Source: Proteromonas lacertae | Taxonomy: Eukaryota | Direction: 5' to 3' | NCBI GenBank assembly: GCA_002245135.1 | Contig: NGBS01001166.1 | Location: 186,001-250,000 of the forward strand | DNA length: 64,000 nucleotides | Part shown: in pieces, positions 1-12,265 of the stretch | Position numbering within the stretch: position 1 is the first letter of the stretch | Layout: every line of letters begins with the position of its first letter | Translations under genes and position numbers: made by a program | Notes under the pieces: generated by a model | Seen by the model: only the letters and a program-made list of their open reading frames with translations | Database searches by the model: none | What the model was told of the DNA's origin: nothing

Positions 1-130
1 TCCAGGTACTTTTGGACCATCTCCAGATGGTGGAACAATGTGGTCTTGCTGTTTACAATCAGATAAAGAGAGCAGAGGCTGTGTTAAGAAGGTGTATAAT
101 CCTGATCAATTAAATGTTGCATCTATTTAA
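1..130 (+). CDS. 3' end of a gene; C-terminus has a Btk-type zinc-motif-like sequence
   Basis: Frame 2 reads PGTFGPSPDGGTMWSCCLQSDKESRGCVKK...ASI* (TAA 128-130), resembling the (H)PG-x-W-x-CC-x-GC motif; truncated by the window edge. Confidence 0.55.
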   Translation, partial: PGTFGPSPDGGTMWSCCLQSDKESRGCVKKVYNPDQLNVASI

Positions 131-240
131 GATATAAATGTATTTTAGTAATTATTTTTTCTTTGTTAATTATTTAGTAATTTTATTTTTTGTTGTATTA
201 GTTGAAAATAGATAGAATATAAATTTGAACAATCATTAAC

Positions 241-1094
241 TTATTTAGTTTTTTTCTTTTGTTTTATTTCTTCATATGTTTTACCTTCTGATTTACTTTC
301 TCTCTTATATTCATCAGAAGTTTGTATAGATTTTAATTGTTTCTTGGTCTTCGTTGGTTTTAAATCTTCTTTCGTCATTCCTATTGCTGCTAACGCCTCT
401 TCATCAACTTCCATCAACCTTTCATCATTTATTTCTTTACTTTCTTCTTTTGGTTTTGATGGTTTTAAATCTTCTTTCGTCATTCCTATTGCTGCTAACG
501 CCTCTTCATCAACTTCATCAACTTCATCATTTATTTCTTTACTTTCTTCTTTTGGTTTTGATGGTTTTAAATCTTCTTTCGTCATTCCTATTGCTGCTAA
601 CGCTTCTTCATCTGGTTCTTTAAATATGTATTCATCAAGAACAGATTTCTTCTTTTTATCTCCATTGACTGGCTTTGTAAAATTTTCCATTGCATTCTTT
701 TCTATTGTATTACAAATAGGAGCTATTTCTATTTCTATTTTCTTTAAAGCTTCAATAAATTCCGAGTGGTATAATTTTGATTCTTCATTACTGACATTAT
801 TAAATTTCAACTCAAGATTATTTAAATCATCTCTCAATTTACTATTTTGGGTTTGTATTTTTTTTATACTTTGTAATCTCCTTACATTTTGTTTTATCAG
901 TGATTCATATAATGACTTTGATTGTAAATCACTTGATAAATATAAAATTTTCAGTTTAGCACAATTACTGTTTATTGAGTTTGTCCTATTATAAATATTA
1001 TTTCAATATACCTTAAATTAAACATTTTATCTATTGTATTAAGGCAGTCACGAATTCTTGTACTTTCTAAAAATAATTAAATTCATATACCCAT
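241..1094 (-). CDS. Hypothetical coiled-coil protein with three 34-35 aa tandem repeats
   Basis: ATG at 1094; GT-AG introns of 24 nt (1090-1067) and 26 nt (1011-986) join it in frame to ORF 241..837. Confidence 0.7.
355..613. repeat. Coding tandem repeat, about 2.5 units of 102-105 bp
   Basis: GGTTTTAAATCTTCTTTCGTCATTCCTATTGCTGCTAACGC recurs at about 356, 461 and 563; encodes DEEALAAIGMTKEDLKP. Confidence 0.95.
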
Positions 1095-1184
1095 TATAAG
1101 ATTCAGAAAGACGAAAAGAAATATTGTTGAAACGGCTAGTATCTTTAACTGTAAAATACTCAAAACAAAAGTAATAATAACTAA

Positions 1185-2234
1185 TTAAGCTTTATAAATT
1201 TTATATATTGAGTTGATTATATCATCTGCAAGTGTTGAACAATCAAATTCATTAAAAGCTAGTAATTGTGCTTTGCAAATCATTGAACAAGCTAGGTAAC
1301 ATGCTGACATATATCCATATTCATTTCTAATGCATTTTATAAGCAATATAAATAATTATACACTTCTTCAACATAATTTCTGTCAGTGATTTGACTAAAG
1401 AATCCAATCATTCCAGCCAAAATATCTCCTTGACCTCCACATCTGCGGGGTGATTTTTCTGAGGTGAAACAAACTGTATGTTTGCCATTTGTTATAATAT
1501 CTTGAGCTCCTTTCAATACAATTGTAATATTATTCAATCTAATGACATATATATATATATATATATATATATCAATTACTACTATTATACCTTTTTGATA
1601 GTTTTTCTACTTTTTCAATTGATTTCTCTTTTTCTAATCCATAAGGAATATCTTCATGATAATAACTTTCATATATTCTCTTAAATTCATTGAAATTGGG
1701 TGTTAAAATAAACTTTGAATAATCTTTTACTATATTCTCATCACATGAAAGATAGAATAATGCATCTCCATCTAAAACAATTGGTATATTCACTTTCTTG
1801 ATATTTGATATAACAGTATTAATCATTTGTGGTATTATATCTTGTCTACCTAGACCTGGTCCTATTACTACTGAATTAGCTCTTTTAAAATCAAATGAAT
1901 CACTATTATATTCATTATTATAATAAGCTTATACTAATGTTTATCATTATCCCATTGTGGAATTACTATCAATTCAGGATGATATGATTTAATTGGAATG
2001 GCAGCATCTTTGTGACAGATAATATATGCTAAATCACTTCCCTTTCATCATATAATAGTACATAGATACGGTTTTTAAAGCAGAAACTCCAGCATAATAG
2101 GGAGCACCAGTATATTCTAAAGATCCACCGATTATACACACTTTACCAGCTTGACCTTTATGATTTCTCGGATTTACAATCAATTTTCTTAACTGTGATC
2201 CAATTTTCGCCGTGTCAGTGAAGTTCTTAAACAT
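1185..2234 (-). CDS. NAXD: ATP-dependent NAD(P)HX dehydratase (YjeF-C/CARKD family)
   Basis: [48 protein letters not shown] and [12 protein letters not shown] across 5 exons; TAA at 1187-1185. Confidence 0.95.
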
Positions 2235-2298
2235 TTCTTAATAAAAAGGTTTGGATATTGGTTTGATCATATCTCTTCATTTTTGGTTTATATCGAAA

Positions 2299-3251
2299 AT
2301 GGCTGATAATGATCTAATAAGATATACTTTACCAGGTCACACACGACCAGTAGTAGGCCTCTGTTTTAGTAATGACAGTAAAGATGGTGTTTTTTTGATT
2401 ACTGCTTGTCATGGTATATTATCTGATATAATTTATGTTATAGATAAGTTACCAATGTTACGAAATGCAGAAAATGGAGATTGGATAGGTACTTTTACAG
2501 GACATAGAGTATTGACTAAATATTTATATTTATTTTATAGGGAGCAGTTTGGTCTGCTAAAATTAATATTAATTCAACATTAGCATTGACTGGATCAGCA
2601 GATTTTACAGCAAATTTATGGGATGCAACAACTGGTAAACTGAAACACACATTTGAACATCACCACATAGTAAGAAGTGTATGTTTTTCAAAAACAGAAA
2701 AAGAAATCGCTACAGGTGGAAAAGAAAAGAAATTCAGATTGTTTAATATTTCAAAACCAGCAGAACCTGTAGTAACTTATGATTTTGAAACGGATATAAA
2801 TCAAATAAATACATTTACAGCTCATTCATACTTAGTAGCCACTACAGATGGTAATTTACATTTAATTGACACATCAACTAAAAAGGTAGAAGCAACAATT
2901 CCTATTGGCCAAAAAATCAATGATTTAGAATTGGCTCGATCAGGAGATATAATAACATTAGCTACAGGTCACAATATAAAGTTTTTAGAAACAAAATCAT
3001 TTGGATTAGTAAAGCAATATGATTATGATTTTGAAATTGAATGTGCATCTTTAAGAAATGACAAAGAAAGGTTTGTGTATGGTGGTGAAGATATGAGAGT
3101 TCATGAGGCTATTTATGAGAATGGAGAAGAGATATCTAATTTAGGAGGACATTTTGGAGCTATTCACTGTATAAGGTACCATCCAGCAGGTGACAGGTAT
3201 GTATCTGGTGGAGATGACTCATCTGTTAGAATGTGGAAGTATAAGAAGTAA
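2299..3251 (+). CDS. STRAP: WD40 protein STRAP/UNRIP
   Basis: GHTRPVV, PMLR..GDWIGTF.GH, TGSADFTA, HHHIVRSV and GHFGAIHCIRY; two short introns. Confidence 0.9.
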
Positions 3252-3486
3252 ATAATATAATAGAAAAAAGTATATGATAAATATAGAAGAAAAATAGTTG
3301 TTTTAAGTCTTTTTTTTCTTTAAATTAGTTTTATTGTCAATATCAATCTTTTTTTAAATTTGTTTTTGAGTTTAGCTAATTATTTACATTAATAAAAATA
3401 AAAATATAATAAATTTCAAAGTATTTTGTGTATGTAATTAACATTATTATTAATAATATTATTATTCTACTAAATGTCTAATAATT

Positions 3487-4692
3487 TTACGATGGGTAAG
3501 TATTTGTTGTTAAATTTGGTTCTGATTTCACAGTTTTAACTTCAATAATATTCTCACAACTTCCAGAATCTACTTTCAAAAAAGTCTCACTCATCATTTC
3601 AGATAAAGGTGTATAAGACGGTAGATTAATTGATTGAATATTCTGTGACTCTAATGATACAGGTTTAATAGGTGTAGGTCTAATTAAACCAGAGGAATTA
3701 ACTTGTATTTGTAGTGGAGATGGTGGACATATTAATTGTTGAGGCGGTTGTAATGGAATTGATGAAGATGATCCTCTTGTTGGAGTACCTATTGTGAAAT
3801 TAGGAGATGAAATATTATTATTACTATTATTTGTAGTTGTAGCTCTTGGTGTTACAGCATCAGCTGGAGATTGAGGCATATATGAATATTGAGCTAAGGT
3901 TTGTATTGATAATGATTGTTGGAATAACTGTTGTTGATGTAGCGGAGATAATGGTGACAGAGGTAATTGTGGAGGTGGTGGTGGAGGTTGTTGTTGTTGT
4001 TGTTGTTGTGAGGTTGGTGTTGACATTGAAGTCTGAGATATAAGTGATGCTAATACATCTAATCCACTTTGATTTTGATCAGTTTTTATATTCAATATAT
4101 TTTGTTGGTTTTGTTGTTGTTGTTGAGGTGTTGGTAGAGGAGGTGGTGTTTCACCTGTTCTTTCGTATAATGTATCTAAATCACTATCTGGACCAAATGT
4201 ATAACTATTTGAATCAGATCTTAAGAATGTCTTTTGAGGACTCATTTTCTTTTGGGGAGATTCGTAACTTTCCAATTCTTTAGCTACACAGTTGAGCAAT
4301 TCTGGATCTATATAACTTTGATTTCTTTTCATCTATTTGAAATATATGAAATTCTAAATAATAGACATTATACTCCTCCAAATGAATAGGTAGATAAACC
4401 TGTATCTACACTGATTGACCTTTTCATATTACCCAATCCACTACGTCTTTTCGATCTCATCTCTAGCTTCTTGCTTTCTTTGAGTTTTTGTTTTTCACAT
4501 GGGTTACAGACCAATCTTCGCTTGTATCTAAGCAATAACAGACATAACTCATACCTATCTCTGACACACATCACTCCAGGAGCATGGTCACATGATTCAA
4601 AACCCAAACACTGACAGTGGGTACATGTTAGACTCTTGCACCAATGGCATGGGTTTGGGCGAGGCCCTGGTTTTCTTGCTTTGAATTGATCT
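3487..4692 (-). CDS. Cys/His-rich (putative zinc-binding) protein with a long Q/P/S low-complexity tail; 5' end uncertain
   Basis: RKPGPRPNPCHWCKSLTCTHCQCLGFESCDH...CVRDR|YKRRLVCNPC spliced to ORF 3487..4332. Confidence 0.65.
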
Positions 4693-5239
4693 ATCTATTG
4701 GAGATAAAAATTAGCATATATGGAGAAATAATAATAATATATATAATAAGAAATGATAAGATTGAGAGATAATTCGGTGTATAGTGATAATACTTTAAAT
4801 AATCTTAATAACAAAAACAAAATTCTATTACAACTTTTTTAAGTAAAAAGTGGGTATTTTGTCATATTCAGATGGGTTTATGATGGTAATGTGATTATGA
4901 AATCGTAAATGAAACTGTATTCTTGCTGAATGCTGAAGAAAAACCATGATAAGTGTTGAAATTAAGCAGAAATTCATCATAATAGAATATTATATATTTA
5001 AATTGTACAGAATAATATCAAATAGCAAATAGACGATTAAACAGATATTATAATATGTTAGAATGCTGCTTTTCCATATCTTGATTGTGTTTCTCTAATA
5101 AATTTGTATTCTAAATCAAGAAATAGATTTCACTCATTCAATAGTAAAATAATGAAAGAATAGTGCCTTCTGGATCAGTCTTCGTCATGCAAAATGAAAA
5201 ATAATTCTGATTTATCAAGCCATTAGCTTGAAATTAAAA

Positions 5240-6992
5240 ATGAATTTTTTGGCTTTTTCTCGATGTTTGCTATCAAGAAGAGGGATAGCACAAAGAAATT
5301 TGCTTATGGGAGCATTTAAGATGCAAACAATCTATTTTTCATCAACTCCACAAGTATTTCTGTTTTTTTTATTGTTTAGAAACCTAAAAAAATAATATCA
5401 TTAGAAAATATAGGTGAGGAAGAAGATGATATAGGAAATAAACTCAAATTTGATGATAGAAAAGCAATTCCAACTGTGTTAGATGGAGAAACAGTAGTTA
5501 CACACAAAGAACAGGAAAAGAAAAACAAGCAAAAACCAAATATATCACTAAAACAGGTGAAACAAGCAGAAACCAATAGAATCAACCTCAAAATCTGTTA
5601 AAGAAGAAACGAAAATAGAAGTGCAAAAAGAACAAGTAGAAAAACAACCAGTCAAAACTCCAAAAGTCAAAAAATGGAAAGACATAAGATTAGGAACTTT
5701 AGAATTAACAGAAGAAAACGTAAATCCAATAATCAAAGCATTAAGAGAAATAGAAGAAGAAGAAGCAAGAAAAGAAGCAGAATTAATAGCAAGAGCAGGA
5801 ATAACAGAAGGAATGATAAAATCCGAAGAAACAAAACCAAAAGAAGGTGAAAAAGAAGAGAAAAAAGAAGAAGAAGCAACATCAGTAGCAGCTCCACCAT
5901 TACCAGTCTCAGAAAAAGAGAAGAAAAAATTAGCAAAATTGAAGAAGAAGGCAAAAGCTAAAGGAAAAAAATTACCTAAAAAAGTCGATAAAGAAAAGGA
6001 AGAAAAAGAAAAAAAGAAGAAAGAAGAAGAAGAAGAAGAAAAGAAAAAAGCATTACCCAAAGTGAAGAAGCAATATACACCAATAGAATATCGTGAAATA
6101 GCTGGTTATCAAGTACCAAAAGGTTTAACTTCGAGAATGATCGAGAAAATATATGCTCAACAATTATATAGAAATACTTACACTCCACTATCAAAACCAG
6201 TATCTGAATATATAAACGATAAGAAAATATCTATTACTGATTTACCTACTATTGGAATTGCATTTGAAAGAATCAGAAGATATACAATTGGTAATAAAGA
6301 TCAACCTAAAAGAATATGGGTTGATTATTTCATTAAAAGATGTTATGAAGAAGGAAAAGCAGCTTATGCGTTGAAAATTGCAAGAGTTTTGACTAGAAAT
6401 TTCTTTGATTTTTCTACAGGAATGTCTAGTATGTTGTTAGATACAATTGGAATGTATAAACCTGTATAAATATATTTATAATATACTGTTTTTTTTATAT
6501 ATTATTTAATAGAAAGATGTAGTTGTTGATATAATGAATGATATTACTCAATATAGATTATTTCCATCAGCATCTTACATTGAATCTTTAATTATTAGAT
6601 ATGCTTTAGATGGTAATATATTAATGGTTGATAAGTTGATATTTATGTATACTTCACAGTATAAATATCCTAAAAATCCACATCATTTATTCTATAAAGT
6701 AATGTGTTTCAAGAAAATGCAGAATTATACAGCCATCTGGAACTTTTTGAGATTAAATGAAGATAAATTGGATAGTGAGACTTTAGAATATATTATTAGG
6801 TTGGCTATGGAACAGAATAAAACAATCATTGTATAATTAGCATTATTTATATTTATATAGGCTAGTAATTGTCGTAAAGAATATGAAAAGAGATTGGAGA
6901 TGGAGAAATTGGAGAAGAAAGTGAATAATCCAGTAATTAATGAAATTAAAATGACAAATAAAAGTAAAAAAGTAATAGAACAAATAAAGTAA
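5240..6992 (+). CDS. Putative mitochondrion/MRO-targeted protein with a K/E-rich region and helical (PPR-like) repeats
   Basis: N-terminus MNFLAFSRCLLSRRGIAQR looks like a targeting peptide; three GT-AG introns; one apparent frameshift near 5560. Confidence 0.55.
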
Positions 6993-7114
6993 GCCATTTT
7001 AAAAGTTTTGTAATAATAATTATCTGTCGATTACACTTTGTTTTGTGATATTTACGAAAATACATAAATACACTTGTATTTGTATTAAATTAATAATTCA
7101 AAAATTCACAAAAA

Positions 7115-7976
7115 ATGGAAGATATGTATGAGCAAACTAACTCTGCTTTCAAACATTCATCTGAAGCTGAATGTCTGAACCCAACATATAGACCAACTAT
7201 GGAAGATGTTCATATAATCGTTGATCAATTCTGCGATAATCCCAACCAAGCATTTTTTGCTGTGTATGATGGTCATGGAGGTATAATATATTTTCTATAT
7301 TTTAGGAAGTGAAATAGCACACTATGTTGGTGAGCATTTCCACACAAACCTAGCAAAAAATATGAAAAAGAATAAAGATTTAACAATAGAGAATAATCTT
7401 AAATTAACATTCCTTGAAACAGACATAATGAGTAGAAATCAAGTCTATGGTCAATCTGGTGCAACTGCCGTATGTCTTTTCCTTCATGAAGGAGAAAAAG
7501 GTCAAAGAACGTTATATTCAGCCAATATTGGTGATGCTCGTGCTGTTATTTCAAAAGGTGGTAAAGCCATAAGACTTTCATTTGTATTTAATATGTTATT
7601 TGTTATATATAAATAGGATCATAAAGCTGGAGATGAGAATGAAAAGACAAGAATAGAGAATTTAGGTGGTTTTGTAAGAAATGGTCGTGTTATGGGTATA
7701 TTAGCTGTTGCTCGTTCATTTGGTGATCATGGACTTAAAGCTTATGTTACTGCTGATCCTTTCATTAATTCAATAAAGATTACAAAAGATTGTGAATTTA
7801 TAATAATAGCTTGTGATGGGTTGTGGGATGTAGTTGAAGATCAAGCTGCTGTTGATTTTGTGAAGAGAAAATTAGAAGAAAAAGAGAAACCAACTCATAT
7901 TGCTCAATTGTTGGTAGATGAAGCTATAGCTCAAGGAAGTCAAGATAATGTTACAGTATTAGTGATATTTTTGTAA
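7115..7976 (+). CDS. Protein phosphatase 2C (PPM family)
   Basis: RPTMED, FFAVYDGHGG, SGATA, ANIGDARAV, LAVARSFGD, IACDGLWDV and GSQDNVT. Confidence 0.97.
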
Positions 7977-8099
7977 TATATTAATAATTAATGTTTGATT
8001 GTTGTTTTGTTATAATATACAACACACATTCAATAAATAAAAATTAATTATAATTGAACTTTCTATTTATTATTAGTATAAGAAGAATTGAAGAGTAAT

Positions 8100-9260
8100 A
8101 AGTATTATTATTATTATTATCTCACACAATAGGGTTTTTGAATCACTATATTCATAAAAATAACTTAGGATATTGAAACATCATTGATAATAATAAAAAT
8201 AATAGATAGATAGATATATCATAATATTAGAAAAGATTCTAATCACATTTTACTATCTTCATAGAACCCATAGCCTAATATAATCATGTAAATAGAGTAA
8301 GGGAAAAAAAGAAAAAAGAAATCATACATTTTCTATCATTTCAACTTTAAATCTATAAAAACTATATAAGTATGATAATTATATAATATAAATATTTAAT
8401 AGTTCGATAAGACATTATATTTTTTGGTATATAGAAATTATAATGTCTGAAATCCTATTATAATTTCTAGCCAATGTAACTTGTGAATGATTAAAACACG
8501 AATGTTAAATTCACAATGAGTATTGGCAGAATATATATATAGTTTATAATAATATATACCTTTACTTGTGTGTGTTTTCCATACTACATATATCTTTCTT
8601 TTTCTTCCTATATATTATATATTAATAAAGAATGTTCGTATAATTTTGTTCTACATATATGGATATGAGTATGTAGAGATTGTTCTCATATACACCATTT
8701 AGCCTTACCTCCATACGAAAATATAAGATATAAATTATAATCTCGCTATCAGTGAAAGGCAATTATTAGTAATTAATGGTTCTCAGAATCAAGTTATCAA
8801 CAAATATAATTTAGACATACGCTCATGATATAAATCATCAAAGAACTTGATTAATAATAACAAAGAAAAGAGAATATATAAATAAATACCTTATCAACTT
8901 CATCGCTTCTTTGTTCTGAATTTGTATTGCATTGAATGTCACATCTATAATGTATAAACGATTATACTTTGGGAGTATATATAAAAGACATCAAAGTGAG
9001 TTTAGTTTAATAAGTATAGCATCATAACTACAGAATTGTTAATAAAACAAATCTAAATGCAGTTATAATGCATGAGAAATATAGAAATGAAAGAGAATTA
9101 AGAAAACTGAATAACAGGAAGTATCATTTATAGATTTGAAATATGAATTTAATATATATGATAATATAAATACCAAAAATAATAACAGATAAAGGATTAC
9201 TTCTTCATGCTTAAAAATAACATGCAAAATATGTAAATGCAAGTCAAGAGTTGACCGAAC
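8100..9260 (-). CDS. Probable multi-exon membrane-protein gene; structure unresolved
   Basis: Several minus-strand GT..AG mini-intron signatures separate short hydrophobic open frames; I could not assemble a complete model. Confidence 0.3.
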
Positions 9261-9356
9261 CTCAAACTTTTGTTTTGATTTTTTACGATTTTTACTTCTA
9301 TGTATAGTACTTATTTGATAATAACATTATTGCGATTAATAATATCCATAATTAAA

Positions 9357-10553
9357 TGGATGTGGATAGTTTTCACTATAGTTTGCTTAGTTGGAGCTGT
9401 AAATGATGCTTCAAGGAAGGTATTATTACTTTTTTATATTGTGATCTAGTATGAAGAGAAGATATTTAATACAAAAACAGACACAAATTCATCAGATTCA
9501 GAAACAGATGAAACTGAAACAGAATTTGAAGAAGATGATGAAGATAACACTGAAACAAGATGGAATCACTTCGTAACAGCTTTACATCTCAAAACAAAAG
9601 ACAAGAATAAAGATGATAATAAAGAGCCAGAAATAAAGAAACCTCCTCTGTTACTCAAAATAGCAAGATATATTCGGTATGTAATAGTAATAGGATATTT
9701 AGCACTACACAATTACTATGACATTCCAAGTGTAATATCATTTGTTTTTGGTATTTATATTGGCAAAGAGTTGTTTATGTCAGAGTATGCTACAATACCA
9801 ACCACTTTATTATCACCTGATAACTCAGATTATATTATTAATTTAAAAGATTTAAAATCAATAGATAAAATAAAGCATTTCCTTAAACAACCACATTATA
9901 AAGAAGTTAAAGAAAGAATAATAAAAGCCTTAAATATTCAATCATCTACATCAACTCCTGTTTCAACTCCTATTCCAGTAAGTACTCCAAGAAATAGAGA
10001 TAATAATAATAATACTTCATTCTTCCCACCTACTACTCCATCTAATAAAAACAACAACAACAATAAAGAGTTTAATATTGATACAAGTCTTACAATGAAA
10101 TCACCTCAATCAACTAATCCAGTTCAACAACAACAACAAAATACAACTCCATCTTCAACTACTCCATCTGCTTCCAATGTGAATCATCAAAGCAATAATT
10201 CAAATCAATCAGATAATAAAAATACTAAAAAATCAAATCTTTTACCACCTCCAATTAAACCACCCATACTTCTATCTGTTGTAAATACACCTGTAAAGGA
10301 CAATACAGATACATTGTTAAATAAATCACTGTCTGTGAGTAAGAACAGTAATAATCCTGCCATGCAAAGATTGAACTCAATTGGCTCACCTTTGACTAAA
10401 CAGACACCAGCATTGGCAAAGAAACAGAATATGATCATTCCGCATGTTAATAAAGAAGTTGTATTAGCTGAAATAGAAAGAGTTCAGAAATTATATGGAT
10501 CAAAGCCATTTATGTTTGATATTATTAAATATGTGAAAGAAAAACGAAGATAA
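9357..10553 (+). CDS. Hypothetical protein: acidic N-terminus, short hydrophobic segment, S/T/P/N-rich tail
   Basis: Open frame from about 9450 is continuous with ORF 9771..10553; start uncertain. Confidence 0.6.
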
Positions 10554-10630
10554 TTTAATTGCATGTTTTATTTATTATTCTTTTTATATATAAAAAAACA
10601 AGTCATATGAAAATAAAGAGATTAACTCGT

Positions 10631-11067
10631 TTAAGCAACTACTGGTTGAGTTTCAGCAACTGTAGCAAGACCTGGTGATGGCTTATCGAAGAAGGCTTCA
10701 TAACCCCAGATGAGTGTACATAAGATAGTGAAAATACCAGCTAACCAGTTATTATTTCCAACACCAATCCAACATAAATTGAGTATTAAATATAAAGCAA
10801 ATCTGTAAAGTGGTGGTTCAAGGAAGTGGGTTACAACACTTGCAAATGCTAAGAATGAACATGGAACAAACTCTGGTCCTTCTAATACACATAAAAATGC
10901 ACCTATTATTAAATCTAAAAGCATCCAAATTACTGAGCCAGCATTTTTGTATGTGGCGATCGCAACGATGGCATTGATGATGAAGATAGCTCCGGTTGCT
11001 AGGCCGAGCATCTTTGCTATTTTTAACATATCCTAGATAAGAATAGAAGCGAAGTAAAGCATACCAT
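10631..11067 (-). CDS. Small multi-pass Golgi membrane protein (TVP18/COPI-associated-like)
   Basis: ATG-only first exon, then an intron; hydrophobic helices with the LEGP..F.PC and RFALY pattern. Confidence 0.65.
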
Positions 11068-11441
11068 GTGAGATATTGATGATTTAAAAAGATTTGATGA
11101 AGTTGAAATCTATTGGTTAAAACACTCAAACTCAAAAAAACACACTTCAATCAACCTGACATTTAGTTTGAATAATGTTTAAACAATGTACTAACCTTCT
11201 GATCTGCTTCACCTAATTGCTTTTTTAAAAGATGGAGCTGTAATCATCTTGATAAGTGAAAGACAGTTACCAAGTGTATTTTTCTAAACATGATATTTTC
11301 ATGCTATTGATCGATTTTTATCAGAAACATACCTAATAATCTATTCAATTACATACTTCGAAAAATCATCATTTTCAGGATTGAGCAGATCTTGTCCAAA
11401 ATAGTAGAAACGTAGAACCTAAAATTGTTCCATTTCGAAAA

Positions 11442-12110
11442 ATGGAGGAAGTGGATGATTTTATTAACTTGGCAGGTATAGCACTCAGTGTAAAACGATA
11501 TGATGATGCTAAAGATTACATTTCTGAATATACAAAAGCAGAATTAAAATTGAATGACGATGAAAGAACTATTTTTGGTCAAACATGGGGTTGTCTAATC
11601 AAAGAAAAAATAGAATGGAGAAATACATTATTAAAAAAGCTAGAAGAAGGAGACTCCGTCAAAGATACAATTGAAAAATGTATAAGTGATTTAAACACTT
11701 ACTTAATATCTCTGTGTAATGAAGGCCTTAGTATAATAGAAAAACAATTACAATTTCCTGATATTACACAACAAGATATTTTTCATTACAAAATCTTAGA
11801 AGCAGATTTTAATTATGTGCTGTATAAACTTCCAGGTGATAGTGTGAGTATTGATGATATTAAAAATCTATTTGATCAAGCATATCAAATGGGTGTTGAC
11901 AATTTTGAACCTGAGAATAATCTAATCTTACAATTAAGCTTAGATTATTCTCAATTTTTGATTGATCAGAATGAAAAGGAGAAGGCAAAGGTAATATTAC
12001 AGAAAGCGTCAGAAAGTAGTATTGATGATGATGCGTATGTGCTGGATTCATCATTTCAAAATTCATCGTTAATAGAACAAATAAACTATGTACTTAGTCA
12101 ATTAGAATAA
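11442..12110 (+). CDS. Divergent 14-3-3-like protein
   Basis: LA.IA....RYDD, L..DER.IF, ADF.Y and L.L.LDYS.F patterns along a 222-aa helical protein; no introns. Confidence 0.8.
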   Translation: MEEVDDFINLAGIALSVKRYDDAKDYISEYTKAELKLNDDERTIFGQTWGCLIKEKIEWRNTLLKKLEEGDSVKDTIEKCISDLNTYLISLCNEGLSIIEKQLQFPDITQQDIFHYKILEADFNYVLYKLPGDSVSIDDIKNLFDQAYQMGVDNFEPENNLILQLSLDYSQFLIDQNEKEKAKVILQKASESSIDDDAYVLDSSFQNSSLIEQINYVLSQLE

Positions 12111-12265
12111 AATTATTAATATGTAATAAGTTTTTGAATTTTAGTGTTTTTTTATATCCGTTTCTGGGATTTCAACAAATCAAATCGAGAGTCGTGTTCC
12201 AAACAAATTTTCTTTAATTTTTCTTATATATAGCCCTTTTAGTTATACATATTTCGTTATATTAT

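Noticed and set aside
344..994. Long antisense ORFs rich in F/S/L (also 5548-6060, 25557-26115 and 53960-54508)
   Set aside because: Shadows of K/E/N-rich or repetitive genes on the opposite strand
5056..5188. Micro-ORF MTKTDPE|EYKF.. via a GC-AG intron
   Set aside because: Junction is speculative; the ATG beside the promoter motif may instead start the 3487-4692 gene or lie in its 5' leader
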